Positions 41,193 to 50,067 of a stretch of 64,000 bases of DNA are shown here, in pieces. The notes under the pieces are model-generated. The model was given only the letters and a program-made list of their open reading frames with translations, searched no databases and was not told where the DNA came from. The position numbers and the translations under genes are program-made. The first letter of the stretch is position 1. Every line of letters starts with the position of its first letter. The stretch is from positions 1,248,001-1,312,000 of the forward strand of contig CAXXWQ010000003.1 in the NCBI GenBank assembly GCA_963674945.2, given 5' to 3'. This DNA comes from an uncultured Desulfosarcina sp. Lineage in GTDB: Bacteria > Desulfobacterota > Desulfobacteria > Desulfobacterales > Desulfosarcinaceae.

Positions 41193-42170
41193 ATGTTAAA
41201 CATTCGAAATGTTCTATCCGGTCGATGGCTGCTTTATCTAATGGTTTCCATCATGAGTTGTCCGGCCATGGCGTTTGCAACGGAAGCCATGACAAGTGGG
41301 GCCGCAGCCAAACCCTGGTGGTTTTGGCCCATTATCCTGTTTTTCTTCTGCCTGGTACTCGGCGTTCTGGCGGTCATGGCGGGCGTCGGTGGCGGGGTAT
41401 TGTATGTACCGCTGGTCAGTGGCTTTTTTCCCTTTCACATCGATTTTGTCAGGGGCATCGGACTCATGGTCGCACTGGCCGGCGCACTGGCGGCCGGCCC
41501 GGGATTGTTGCGACGGAACCTGGCCAACCTCCGCCTGGCCCTTCCCGTGGCACTCATCGCATCGGCCTGTTCCATCGCCGGTGCCATGCTCGGCCTCTAC
41601 CTGTCCCAGTTGAATCCCAACATCATTCAGGCCTGCCTGGGTGGCACCATCGTCGGCATCGCCCTTTTGCTTCTGTTTTCCAAAAATACCGAAAAACCGG
41701 TTGTGACGAAACAGGATGCCATCGGATTGGCACTGGGACTCAATGGGGTGTACTGGGATGAAGGATCACGGGAGAGTGTGGAGTGGAAGACCCACCGAAC
41801 CCTTTTGGGCCTTTTCCTGTTCATTCTGATCGGCCTGCTGGCCGGCATGTTCGGTTTGGGGGCCGGATGGGCAAACGTACCGGTACTCAACCTGCTCATG
41901 GGGGCGCCTCTCAAAATCTCCGTGGCCACCAGCAAGTTCCTTCTTTCCATCACCGATACCTCGGCAGCGTGGATCTATCTGAACCGGGGATGCGTGATTC
42001 CGCTGATCGCCGTGCCATCCATCGTCGGTCTCATGCTCGGTTCCATTCTGGGCGTACGGATACTGGCCTTTGCCAAACCCAAGGCGATCCGGTACATGGT
42101 GATCGGTGTACTTTTCTTTGCCGGATTCAAGGCCCTTGACAAAGGGTTGGGACTGGGAATTTTAGGATAA
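41193..42170 (+). CDS. TSUP (TauE/SafE) family transporter
   Basis: AGVGGGVLYVP and AGMFGLGAGWANVP repeats. Confidence 0.9.
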   Translation: MLNIRNVLSGRWLLYLMVSIMSCPAMAFATEAMTSGAAAKPWWFWPIILFFFCLVLGVLAVMAGVGGGVLYVPLVSGFFPFHIDFVRGIGLMVALAGALAAGPGLLRRNLANLRLALPVALIASACSIAGAMLGLYLSQLNPNIIQACLGGTIVGIALLLLFSKNTEKPVVTKQDAIGLALGLNGVYWDEGSRESVEWKTHRTLLGLFLFILIGLLAGMFGLGAGWANVPVLNLLMGAPLKISVATSKFLLSITDTSAAWIYLNRGCVIPLIAVPSIVGLMLGSILGVRILAFAKPKAIRYMVIGVLFFAGFKALDKGLGLGILG

Positions 42171-42194
42171 CGACTTCGATAGGGAGAAATAAAT

Positions 42195-42623
42195 ATGCAA
42201 GGCATGGACAATCCATCACTCAAACCTTCAAAGGAACAGATCATCTACGCCAACTTGTTGTCCATGGGGATGATCGCTGGTATCATTATCATGGTCGCCA
42301 CGTATATCGTATACCTGACGGGGCTCTTGCCGTCCCATGTCGATCTGGCTACGATTTGTGCCAACTGGGGCAAGGGTATCCATGAATATCTGGAAATCAC
42401 CCACTCTCCCACGGGATGGGGCTGGACCGCCCTGCTGGGCAAAGGGGATTTTCTCAACTATATCGGTTTCGTGCTGTTGGCTTTGATGACGATCTTTTGT
42501 TACATAGTTCTGGTCAGGGGATATTCTCGCAAGAAGGACTGGATCTACGCAGTCATCGCCGTATTGGAGATCATCGTCCTGACCGTGGCGGCCTCGGGTT
42601 TGCTGGGCAGCGGCGGCCATTAA
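42195..42623 (+). CDS. DUF1634-like membrane protein (TSUP partner)
   Basis: Three TM helices, GWGW...GDFLN motif, directly after the TSUP gene. Confidence 0.7.
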   Translation: MQGMDNPSLKPSKEQIIYANLLSMGMIAGIIIMVATYIVYLTGLLPSHVDLATICANWGKGIHEYLEITHSPTGWGWTALLGKGDFLNYIGFVLLALMTIFCYIVLVRGYSRKKDWIYAVIAVLEIIVLTVAASGLLGSGGH

Positions 42624-42683
42624 AATGGCGTTCGGGGGAAAAAGCGAATTTATCACTTCATCACAAGTAAAAGGTAGGTAAAA

Positions 42684-43490
42684 ATGACAAAGAAACAGAT
42701 CAACATCCTGCTGGTGGATGACAACCCCAAATTTCTTGCCTCCGCCGCCGAACGTGCCAAATTGAAGGGGTTTACGGTCTTCACGGCCGAAAATGGCAAG
42801 ACCGCCCTTGAAATCGCCGAGGCCAATCCGATCCATATCGCCGTCGTAGATCAGCAGATGCCGGAGATGGAAGGCCTTGTCGTCATCACGAAACTCAAGG
42901 CCATGAAGCCGGACATCCGCACGGTCCTGTTGACCGGCCATGGTGATGACAAACTCAAGGAAGCGACCCAGGCGCTCAACTCCACCTATTTCGACAAGGA
43001 GGAGATGGGAAGCTTCTGGGATTTTCTTTCCAACCTTCCCCTTGGCAGCATCAACATCCTGCTGGTCGACGACAATGAGAAATTCGTCACGGCGCTGGCC
43101 GAGCGCATTCGACTGAAAGGGTATGACCCCTTGATTGCGTTAAACGGACGGGAGGCCCTGGAAATCGCCCGAAGCAACACGATACAGTTGGCCGTCGTGG
43201 ACCACGAGATGCCGGACATGGACGGATTGGTGGTCATCACCAAACTCAAAGAGATCGACCCCTCCTTGCGAACCTTGCTGCTCACGGGCCATGGCGACGA
43301 AAAACTCAGGGAAGCGACCCGGGCGCTCAATTCCCATTATTTCGAAAAAGAGGAGATGAACAAGTTCTGGAGTTTCATCCGCAGAAATCTCCAACGCTTA
43401 GAGAGACACATGGCTGCGGCGGGGATGGCCACAGGCGGGGATATCGAAGATGCGCTGGAGATTGAACGGCAGCATGATAAAAAACGCTGA
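42684..43490 (+). CDS. Tandem double-receiver response regulator
   Basis: Two similar REC domains (INILLVDDN...AVVD..MP.M.GLVVITKLK...LLTGHGD.KL.EAT.ALNS.YF.KEEM). Confidence 0.9.
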   Translation: MTKKQINILLVDDNPKFLASAAERAKLKGFTVFTAENGKTALEIAEANPIHIAVVDQQMPEMEGLVVITKLKAMKPDIRTVLLTGHGDDKLKEATQALNSTYFDKEEMGSFWDFLSNLPLGSINILLVDDNEKFVTALAERIRLKGYDPLIALNGREALEIARSNTIQLAVVDHEMPDMDGLVVITKLKEIDPSLRTLLLTGHGDEKLREATRALNSHYFEKEEMNKFWSFIRRNLQRLERHMAAAGMATGGDIEDALEIERQHDKKR

Positions 43491-43956
43491 TCATGGTTTG
43501 GGGAAGTTTATCATAAACGTGTAATGCCTTATCGTCAGATACGCCGTGATTCGTTGTGTTCAAACCGGATGCCGTGCACCCGGAACCAACCCGAACGATG
43601 AAAGCACGAATGTGCTTTCGGATATCCGGCCGATGGCCGAATATCCGAGCCCCCCCCCCCCTTGCGGGTGGTCGTTGGCACAACTGAATATACGGCATGC
43701 TGATCGCGGGCATGGCCGAAATCCTCCTTATGGGAAATTGAAGTTTGGAAACGCCACCCATCCTTTATTTTATTTCGGTCATGCCCGCGAAAACCAACCG
43801 CGTCAGTTTTTGCGGAACCGATATACATACATTTGATTTCCGCTGTTGCGCATTGACCTCGTAACAAACGTATCATCGTTATAGAAATTTTTCAGGTCTG
43901 AGATTCGAGTACCGGGCAGCTAAGCGAATGCCTTTGACAAGAAAGAAACATTTCTC

Positions 43957-45408
43957 ATGACAAAAACGGCAAAACAGGTTCTTCTGGTCGACGACGAAGA
44001 AAAATTGCTCAAATCCATTGCACAACGAATGACCGTCTTGGGTTTTGTTCCCCATACCGCCACCAGTGGCATGGAAGCCCTTACGATCGCAACCCAGCAC
44101 GCCATCGACGTGGCGATCGTCGACCTGCAGATGCCGGACATGGACGGCCTGGTAACCATCACCAAACTCAAGGAGATCAAACCCGATTTAAAGACGATTC
44201 TGCTCACCGGTCATGGGAACGAAAAGGTCAAACAGGCGACCGAATCCCTCAACACCGTCTATTTTGAAAAGGAGGAAATGGGGACTTTCTGGCAGTTTGT
44301 CCGAGGTCTCAGTACCGATGGCAATGTGGTCGTCATTCGTCCGGCTTCATCGTCGGACAGTCAAAAAGGGCAGCGCGTTGGCGTGGTGCAAAGTGAAATC
44401 GAAATCCATTCCGGTCGCGACTTTTCAGAAACCCATATCCACAAGGATGCGATTCCTGCTTCTGTTCAAACCGCCGGACTCCGCAAGCAACCGAGAATCA
44501 TCGGTGAAACCCCCGCCATGCAACGATTGCGTAACAACCTCGAACGCATGGCGCTCCTGGACTGTCCCGTTACCCTTCGTGGCGAACCGGGCACCGGCAG
44601 GGAACTGGCCGCCAGGGTGATCCATGGTGCGAGTGGACGCGGCCATCTGCGGTTTTTGGCCATCAACTGCTCCGTCTTCAGCAACAAACAAACCGCCAAA
44701 CAGTTTCTCGGCCACGTTGCCGGCAGTCTCTACGAGGCCATCCTGTCCAGAAGCGGCATTTTTGGTGGTGATCCGGTGGGAACGTTGCTTTTGGATCAAA
44801 TCGAGGCGCTGCCCGACGGCTTGCAGGTTCAACTTCTCCACATCCTCGATGCTGCAAACACGAAACAATATGCCAACACCATGAACATCCGGATCATGGT
44901 TTCCACGGCAACGGATCTCATGCAACGGGTCCGGGCAAAATCCTTTCGAGGGGATCTGTACGATCGCCTTTCCATGTTCGAACTGGTGGTTCCCCCTTTG
45001 CGCGAGCGAAAGGATGACATTCCCACCTTGTGCCAGTATTTTTTCGATCATTTCCAAAAGGAATTCGGCAAGGCGGTAGACTCGGTTTCACCGGAGGTAA
45101 TCGACCTTTTGATCTCATACGACTTTCCCGGAAATGTTCGCGAACTGGAGTATATCATGGAGCGGGCCGTCACCATTGCCGATGGCAGCGTCATCGGCCG
45201 GGAGCATTTGCCCCCACGTTTTCAAAAGGAAACGAAGTCCCAACCATCTTCGGATCCCATGCAGTTTGAGCCTCTGGCACAGATGGAAAACCGGTATATC
45301 CTCAAAGTGCTGGACGCCACCAACGGAAACAAATCCAAGACGGCTGAAATTTTAGGGATCAGTCGCGCGGCCTTGTGGCGAAAACTGAAGCAGATGAACG
45401 CAGAGTAA
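43957..45408 (+). CDS. NtrC-like REC-AAA+-Fis regulator with degenerate AAA+ motifs
   Basis: REC; GEPGTGRE; LLDQIE; FRGDLYDRL; FPGNVRELE; NKSKTAEILGISRAALWRKL; no GAFTGA. Confidence 0.88.
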   Translation: MTKTAKQVLLVDDEEKLLKSIAQRMTVLGFVPHTATSGMEALTIATQHAIDVAIVDLQMPDMDGLVTITKLKEIKPDLKTILLTGHGNEKVKQATESLNTVYFEKEEMGTFWQFVRGLSTDGNVVVIRPASSSDSQKGQRVGVVQSEIEIHSGRDFSETHIHKDAIPASVQTAGLRKQPRIIGETPAMQRLRNNLERMALLDCPVTLRGEPGTGRELAARVIHGASGRGHLRFLAINCSVFSNKQTAKQFLGHVAGSLYEAILSRSGIFGGDPVGTLLLDQIEALPDGLQVQLLHILDAANTKQYANTMNIRIMVSTATDLMQRVRAKSFRGDLYDRLSMFELVVPPLRERKDDIPTLCQYFFDHFQKEFGKAVDSVSPEVIDLLISYDFPGNVRELEYIMERAVTIADGSVIGREHLPPRFQKETKSQPSSDPMQFEPLAQMENRYILKVLDATNGNKSKTAEILGISRAALWRKLKQMNAE

Positions 45409-45819
45409 GAAGCCATCCCCAACGACGTTGCCTGGCCGGCACGACGCCCCCCGGACAACATCTTTTCACAAATCCAAAAACAATTTTGTTGCGGCGCCAT
45501 GTAAAGCGTTGATGATTTCGCTGCGCTGGCATACCCGACCGATAATGCCTCGATAAACGACTGGAACCGGGTATTTCCCTGACCGGATGATCGTCCGTCG
45601 TAAATCATTGGAGACTCACCCCAAAGGACCATCTCCCTTCATTCTACTATCTGAAAGTCAGTATTTGAAAGCATCCTGCTTTTTTTATTTGAGACTTGCC
45701 GCACCTCCATTGTTGACAACCCAGTTGTCGGCAAGGTATCCAAGGCTCGTTTGTCCGACCGTCAAGCCGATTGTTGGTTTGCATTTGCACTGCGATAGAA
45801 ACTTCAGGAGGATCGTTAC

Positions 45820-46833
45820 ATGAAAAAGTACACGCTCGTGTTCGCGATGGTTTTGTCTGTTTTGGGTGTCGGTACCGTTTTCCCCCATTCGACTTTGGCC
45901 GATACAGTCAGACTGACGTACAGCAATTTCTTTCCGCCTACCCATATTCAAAGCCAGTTGGCGGAAAGTTGGTGCCAGGAGGTGGAAAAGCGCACCGATG
46001 GCCGCGTCAAAGTACAATATTTTGCCGGCCAGACCCTGACAAAAGCCAAACAGACCTATGACGGCGTCGTGGATGGTATCGCCGATATCGGTTTTTCGGC
46101 CTTTGCCTATACCCGTGGACGCTTCCCCGTGATGGGAGCCGTCGATCTGCCCATGGGCTATCCGGACGGGGTTACCGCAACGGCGGTGGCCAATACGGTA
46201 TTCGAACGGTTTACCCCAAAGGAACTTGCCGATACGCAAATGATGTACATTCATGCCCATGGTCCCGGCCTGATTCACACCCGTGAAAAGGCCGTGCGCA
46301 AGCTGGAGGATTTGAAGGGGCTGAAGATCCGCTCCACCGGCATCAGTGCGCAGATGGTCAAGGCGCTGGGGGGAACACCGGTCCCCATGCCCATGCCCGA
46401 ATCGTATCAGAGCCTGCAAAAGGGCGTGGTCGACGGATGCGCAAATCCCATCGAAACCAACAAGGGCTGGAAGCTGGGAGAGGTGGTCGACTATGTGAGT
46501 CTGGCCTATCCGGTTGCATACACCACTTCGTTTTTTATCGTCATGAACAAGGACAAGTGGAACGCCATCGATGAAAAGGACCAAAAGGTGATCGAGGCCA
46601 TCAATAAACAGTGGGCAGTCAAGCACGGCCAAGCGTGGGACAGTAGCGATAAAGAGGGATTGGACTTTTTTCTCGCCCAAGGCAATAAAACCATCGAAAT
46701 CGATGCCGACGAGGCGGCCCGATGGGAGGCGGCCGTGGCACCCATGATCGAGGAATATACCGCCGATCTGGACGAGAAGGGCCTGGACGGCAAGGGTGTA
46801 ATCGCGACGATACGTGAAACGCTGAAAAAATAG
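45820..46833 (+). CDS. dctP: TRAP transporter substrate-binding protein
   Basis: Signal peptide; EVEKRTDGRV, DLKGLKIR and ESYQSLQKGVVDG; AGGAGG RBS. Confidence 0.93.
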   Translation: MKKYTLVFAMVLSVLGVGTVFPHSTLADTVRLTYSNFFPPTHIQSQLAESWCQEVEKRTDGRVKVQYFAGQTLTKAKQTYDGVVDGIADIGFSAFAYTRGRFPVMGAVDLPMGYPDGVTATAVANTVFERFTPKELADTQMMYIHAHGPGLIHTREKAVRKLEDLKGLKIRSTGISAQMVKALGGTPVPMPMPESYQSLQKGVVDGCANPIETNKGWKLGEVVDYVSLAYPVAYTTSFFIVMNKDKWNAIDEKDQKVIEAINKQWAVKHGQAWDSSDKEGLDFFLAQGNKTIEIDADEAARWEAAVAPMIEEYTADLDEKGLDGKGVIATIRETLKK

Positions 46834-46880
46834 CGCAACGGAAGAAGAGACGGCAACGGTCCGAAAAAATGTAAGGCCCG

Positions 46881-47396
46881 ATGCCGTATTTTTCGGCCAG
46901 GAACTTTCTGATGGCCAGCATATCGAAATTTATCCAATATTTGTCCAATAAATTGAAACAGGGTGGTGCCGTCTGCCTGACGGGAATGAGCCTGCTCACC
47001 TGTGCCGATGTCGTCGGACGCTTTTTTAAACATCCCATCTTCGGATCGGTGGAGCTGGTCACTTTCTTGGGGGTGCTGGCGGCGGCCATGGCCCTGCCGT
47101 TCACCCACGAGACCCGAGGTCACATCGGTGTGGAGTTCTTCGTGGTCCGGATGTCGGGAAAGCGGCGGCAGATCATCGATGTCTGCACCGGCATCATCAG
47201 CTTCGCCCTGTTCGTCGTGGTGGCCTGGCGAATGGTCCTGTACGGGATCAGCCTGAAGCAATCGGGCGAGGTCTCCATGAATCTGGAACTTCCTGAATAT
47301 CTGATCATCTTTGCCGTGGCCGGCTGTTTTCTGGTGCTCTCCGCCGTAATCGCCAAGGGTGTTGTCGAAGGGTTGAGGCGGCTGAGAAACAAATGA
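46881..47396 (+). CDS. dctQ: TRAP transporter small permease
   Basis: ADVVGR, GSVEL and GHIGVE; four TM helices. Start may be 46908. Confidence 0.9.
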   Translation: MPYFSARNFLMASISKFIQYLSNKLKQGGAVCLTGMSLLTCADVVGRFFKHPIFGSVELVTFLGVLAAAMALPFTHETRGHIGVEFFVVRMSGKRRQIIDVCTGIISFALFVVVAWRMVLYGISLKQSGEVSMNLELPEYLIIFAVAGCFLVLSAVIAKGVVEGLRRLRNK

Positions 47397-48706
47397 GTCC
47401 TACAATCATTGGTGTTGTCGGTATTGTGGTGATGGTGCTGGTCTTTTTGACAAGCATGCCGGTCTCTTACGTCATGGCACTGGTCGGGTTCGCCGGATTC
47501 AGCATCGTGGTTTCGGTCCAGGGGGCGCTCAACCTGCTGGCCAAGGACTTCTATTCGGTCTTTTCCTCCTACGGATTGACCACGGTTCCCCTCTTCATCC
47601 TCATGGGACAGCTGGCCTTCAACAGCGGCATCAGCCGTCGTCTCTACAATACGGCCTACGCTTTTCTGGGCGGCACCCGAGGAGGCCTGGCCATTGCCAC
47701 GGTATCGGCCTGTACCGCCTTCGGTTCTGTCTGCGGGTCCAGTCCGGCCACCGCGGCCACCATGGCCACTGTTGGGTTGCCGGAAATGAAACGCTTCGGA
47801 TATGCCGACGAGTTGGCTGCCGGCGCGGTCGCCTCGGGCGGTGGCCTGGGCATGATCATGCCACCCAGCGTCGTATTGATCGTTTACGGCGTGTTGACCG
47901 AACAGTCCATCGGAAAACTGTTCGTGGCCGGTATCGTACCGGCCATATTGATCACGGTTCTCTTTAGCATCGCCATTTTGATCTGGTGTACCATCGCCCC
48001 CGACCAAGGCCCCCGGGGAGAATCTTTTTCGTGGACGACACGGCTCAAATCGATAAAAGACCTGGGCGAAACCGCCGCGGTGTTTGCCCTCGTGATGGGT
48101 GGACTGTTTTTCGGCTGGTTTACCCCCACCGAGGCTGCAGCGGTGGGCGTGTTGGGTGTCGTTGTGGTTTCGACGGCGCGCCGGCAGTTGAGCTGGCAAC
48201 GTTTTGTGGACGCTCTCGGCGATACGCTCAAAACATCGTGCATGGTGATGATGCTCATTGCCGGTGCCGTGGTGTTTGGCAAATTCATGGCCGTGACACG
48301 CATCCCCTTCAATATCGCCGACTGGATCCAGCAGCTCAACCTCCCCCCTCTCATGATTCTCTTTTTGGTGGTAATGGTCTATTTCTTAGGCGGCTGCTTC
48401 ATGGATTCGTTGGCACTGGTGATGCTCACCGTTCCAATCTTCTTCCCGCTCATCACTCAATTGGGCTATGACCCCATCTGGTTCGGCATCGTCATCGTCA
48501 TGGTAACCGAGATGGGGGTGATCACGCCGCCCGTGGGCATCAATGTCTATGTGGTGTACGGAGTGGCCATGGGTATGAAGGACGCCATTGCACTGGAGTC
48601 CATTTTCAAGGGCATCCTGCCTTTCATGCTGGCAATATTATTGGGGATCGCCATCATCGCGTTCTTTCCCCATCTGGTTCTCTTTCTGCCTGACCTGATG
48701 TATTGA
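47393..48706 (+). CDS. dctM: TRAP transporter large permease
   Basis: VPLFILMG, GSSPATAA, IMPPS, TPTEAA and ITPPVG. Confidence 0.95.
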   Translation: MSPTIIGVVGIVVMVLVFLTSMPVSYVMALVGFAGFSIVVSVQGALNLLAKDFYSVFSSYGLTTVPLFILMGQLAFNSGISRRLYNTAYAFLGGTRGGLAIATVSACTAFGSVCGSSPATAATMATVGLPEMKRFGYADELAAGAVASGGGLGMIMPPSVVLIVYGVLTEQSIGKLFVAGIVPAILITVLFSIAILIWCTIAPDQGPRGESFSWTTRLKSIKDLGETAAVFALVMGGLFFGWFTPTEAAAVGVLGVVVVSTARRQLSWQRFVDALGDTLKTSCMVMMLIAGAVVFGKFMAVTRIPFNIADWIQQLNLPPLMILFLVVMVYFLGGCFMDSLALVMLTVPIFFPLITQLGYDPIWFGIVIVMVTEMGVITPPVGINVYVVYGVAMGMKDAIALESIFKGILPFMLAILLGIAIIAFFPHLVLFLPDLMY

Positions 48707-48935
48707 GTTTCCCGATTATAAATGTCATAAAAAGAACGACAAGCGGCACCCCACCTATCTTCTCACAACAAAGCAAATCAAAATAAAATTTCGCTTGATG
48801 AGTTCTCATTGATATGATATGGGTCATATCTCTTATATTGATATTGGTGTTTTCAATATCGGCTCTGGCCAGGATTGAAATATCAAATATCATTTTCAGC
48901 ACAGAATATATAGCTCCTTCAGCGCATTGACGGCA

Positions 48936-49019
48936 ATCTGTTTCTAAGTTCTCTCGATCTGCTGTTAAGTTCTCTCGATCTGTTGTTAAGCTCTTGCGGA
49001 CCGTTGATAAGCTATGACT
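48936..49019. repeat. Four tandem 21-bp direct repeats upstream of the decahaem gene
   Basis: ATCTGTTTCTAAGTTCTCTCG / ATCTGCTGTTAAGTTCTCTCG / ATCTGTTGTTAAGCTCTTGCG / GACCGTTGATAAGCTATGACT. Confidence 0.85.
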
Positions 49020-49116
49020 TCTCTAAAAAAGAAAACTGCATCAATTTATACCTCTTTTTTTCATTCAATCCTTTATATCTTAGATAATTTTCATTCAAAT
49101 CCAAGGAGTGTTTGTT

Positions 49117-50034
49117 ATGGACAGCAGAAATAGTTGTCTATTTTGCAGACCCATTATCCTGATGGCCGGGATCTGGGCGATGTTGTGCCTTCCCGGGCCG
49201 ATAATGGCTTCTGATGGATATATCGGGGCTGAGACCTGCCTTAGGTGCCACGACACGATGGTGGATAGATTCACCCATACTCTTCATGGAAGGGTCTTTT
49301 GCCAAAACACTCCTTATTACGAAAACCGGTGCGAATGTTGCCATGGACCGGGAAAGGCGCATAAAGAAAATCCAAGCAGCGAGGCCATTGTCACCTTTGG
49401 CAAACGCGCCCTTTCAACTGTCAAGGAGAGAAACGGCCGCTGCCTGGACTGCCACGAAACCGGCAGGGAAATCGCCATGTGGCAGGGCGGCCGGCATGCC
49501 AAACAGGACCTCGCCTGCGACAGTTGCCACAGCGCTCACAAGGGATATGACCCGGTGGACCGATCCCCCGAGGCCTGCTACAAATGCCACCTCAATATCA
49601 AAATCGATGCCCAGAAGCAGTCCCGCCATCCCATCCGGGAGGGAAAGGTAAGATGCGGCAACTGCCACAATCCCCACGGCAGCTTGAGCGACCACATGCT
49701 CTCGGCAGACCATGCCAACGATCTGTGCTTCAAATGCCACGCGGAAAAGCGGGGCCCCTTCATGTTCGAACACGCCCCCGTTGAAGAGAACTGCGGGACC
49801 TGTCATACCCCGCACGGCAGTCGGCATAAAAAGCTTTTAATCCAACGGGCTCCGAGCCTCTGCCAGAACTGTCACATGGACGTCCATACCAGCACCAGGG
49901 CCTGGGACCAGACCGCAGGTTTCAAAGGAACCCGGCCCTCCAGCCATTATTATGGCAGAAGCTGCATCACCTGCCATCCCAATGTCCACGGTAGCCAGGC
50001 CCCCACCACCAGCGGCAGGCTGTTCATGAATTAA
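49117..50034 (+). CDS. mtrA: MtrA/DmsE family decahaem c-type cytochrome
   Basis: Ten CxxCH motifs (CLRCH, CECCH, CLDCH, CDSCH, CYKCH, CGNCH, CFKCH, CGTCH, CQNCH, CITCH); CHAEKRGPFMFEHAPVEENC and HGS family motifs; signal peptide. The symbol is family-level. Confidence 0.93.
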   Translation: MDSRNSCLFCRPIILMAGIWAMLCLPGPIMASDGYIGAETCLRCHDTMVDRFTHTLHGRVFCQNTPYYENRCECCHGPGKAHKENPSSEAIVTFGKRALSTVKERNGRCLDCHETGREIAMWQGGRHAKQDLACDSCHSAHKGYDPVDRSPEACYKCHLNIKIDAQKQSRHPIREGKVRCGNCHNPHGSLSDHMLSADHANDLCFKCHAEKRGPFMFEHAPVEENCGTCHTPHGSRHKKLLIQRAPSLCQNCHMDVHTSTRAWDQTAGFKGTRPSSHYYGRSCITCHPNVHGSQAPTTSGRLFMN

Positions 50035-50067
50035 CCCGGGACATTTACGACGCAAGGGGAGAGTATA

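Noticed and set aside
48936..49019. 21-bp repeats as a CRISPR array or a heptad-coding ORF (ELNNRSR x3 on the minus strand)
   Set aside because: The repeats are contiguous with no spacers and no cas genes are present. The minus-strand frame is bounded by stops with no start codon ahead of the repeats.
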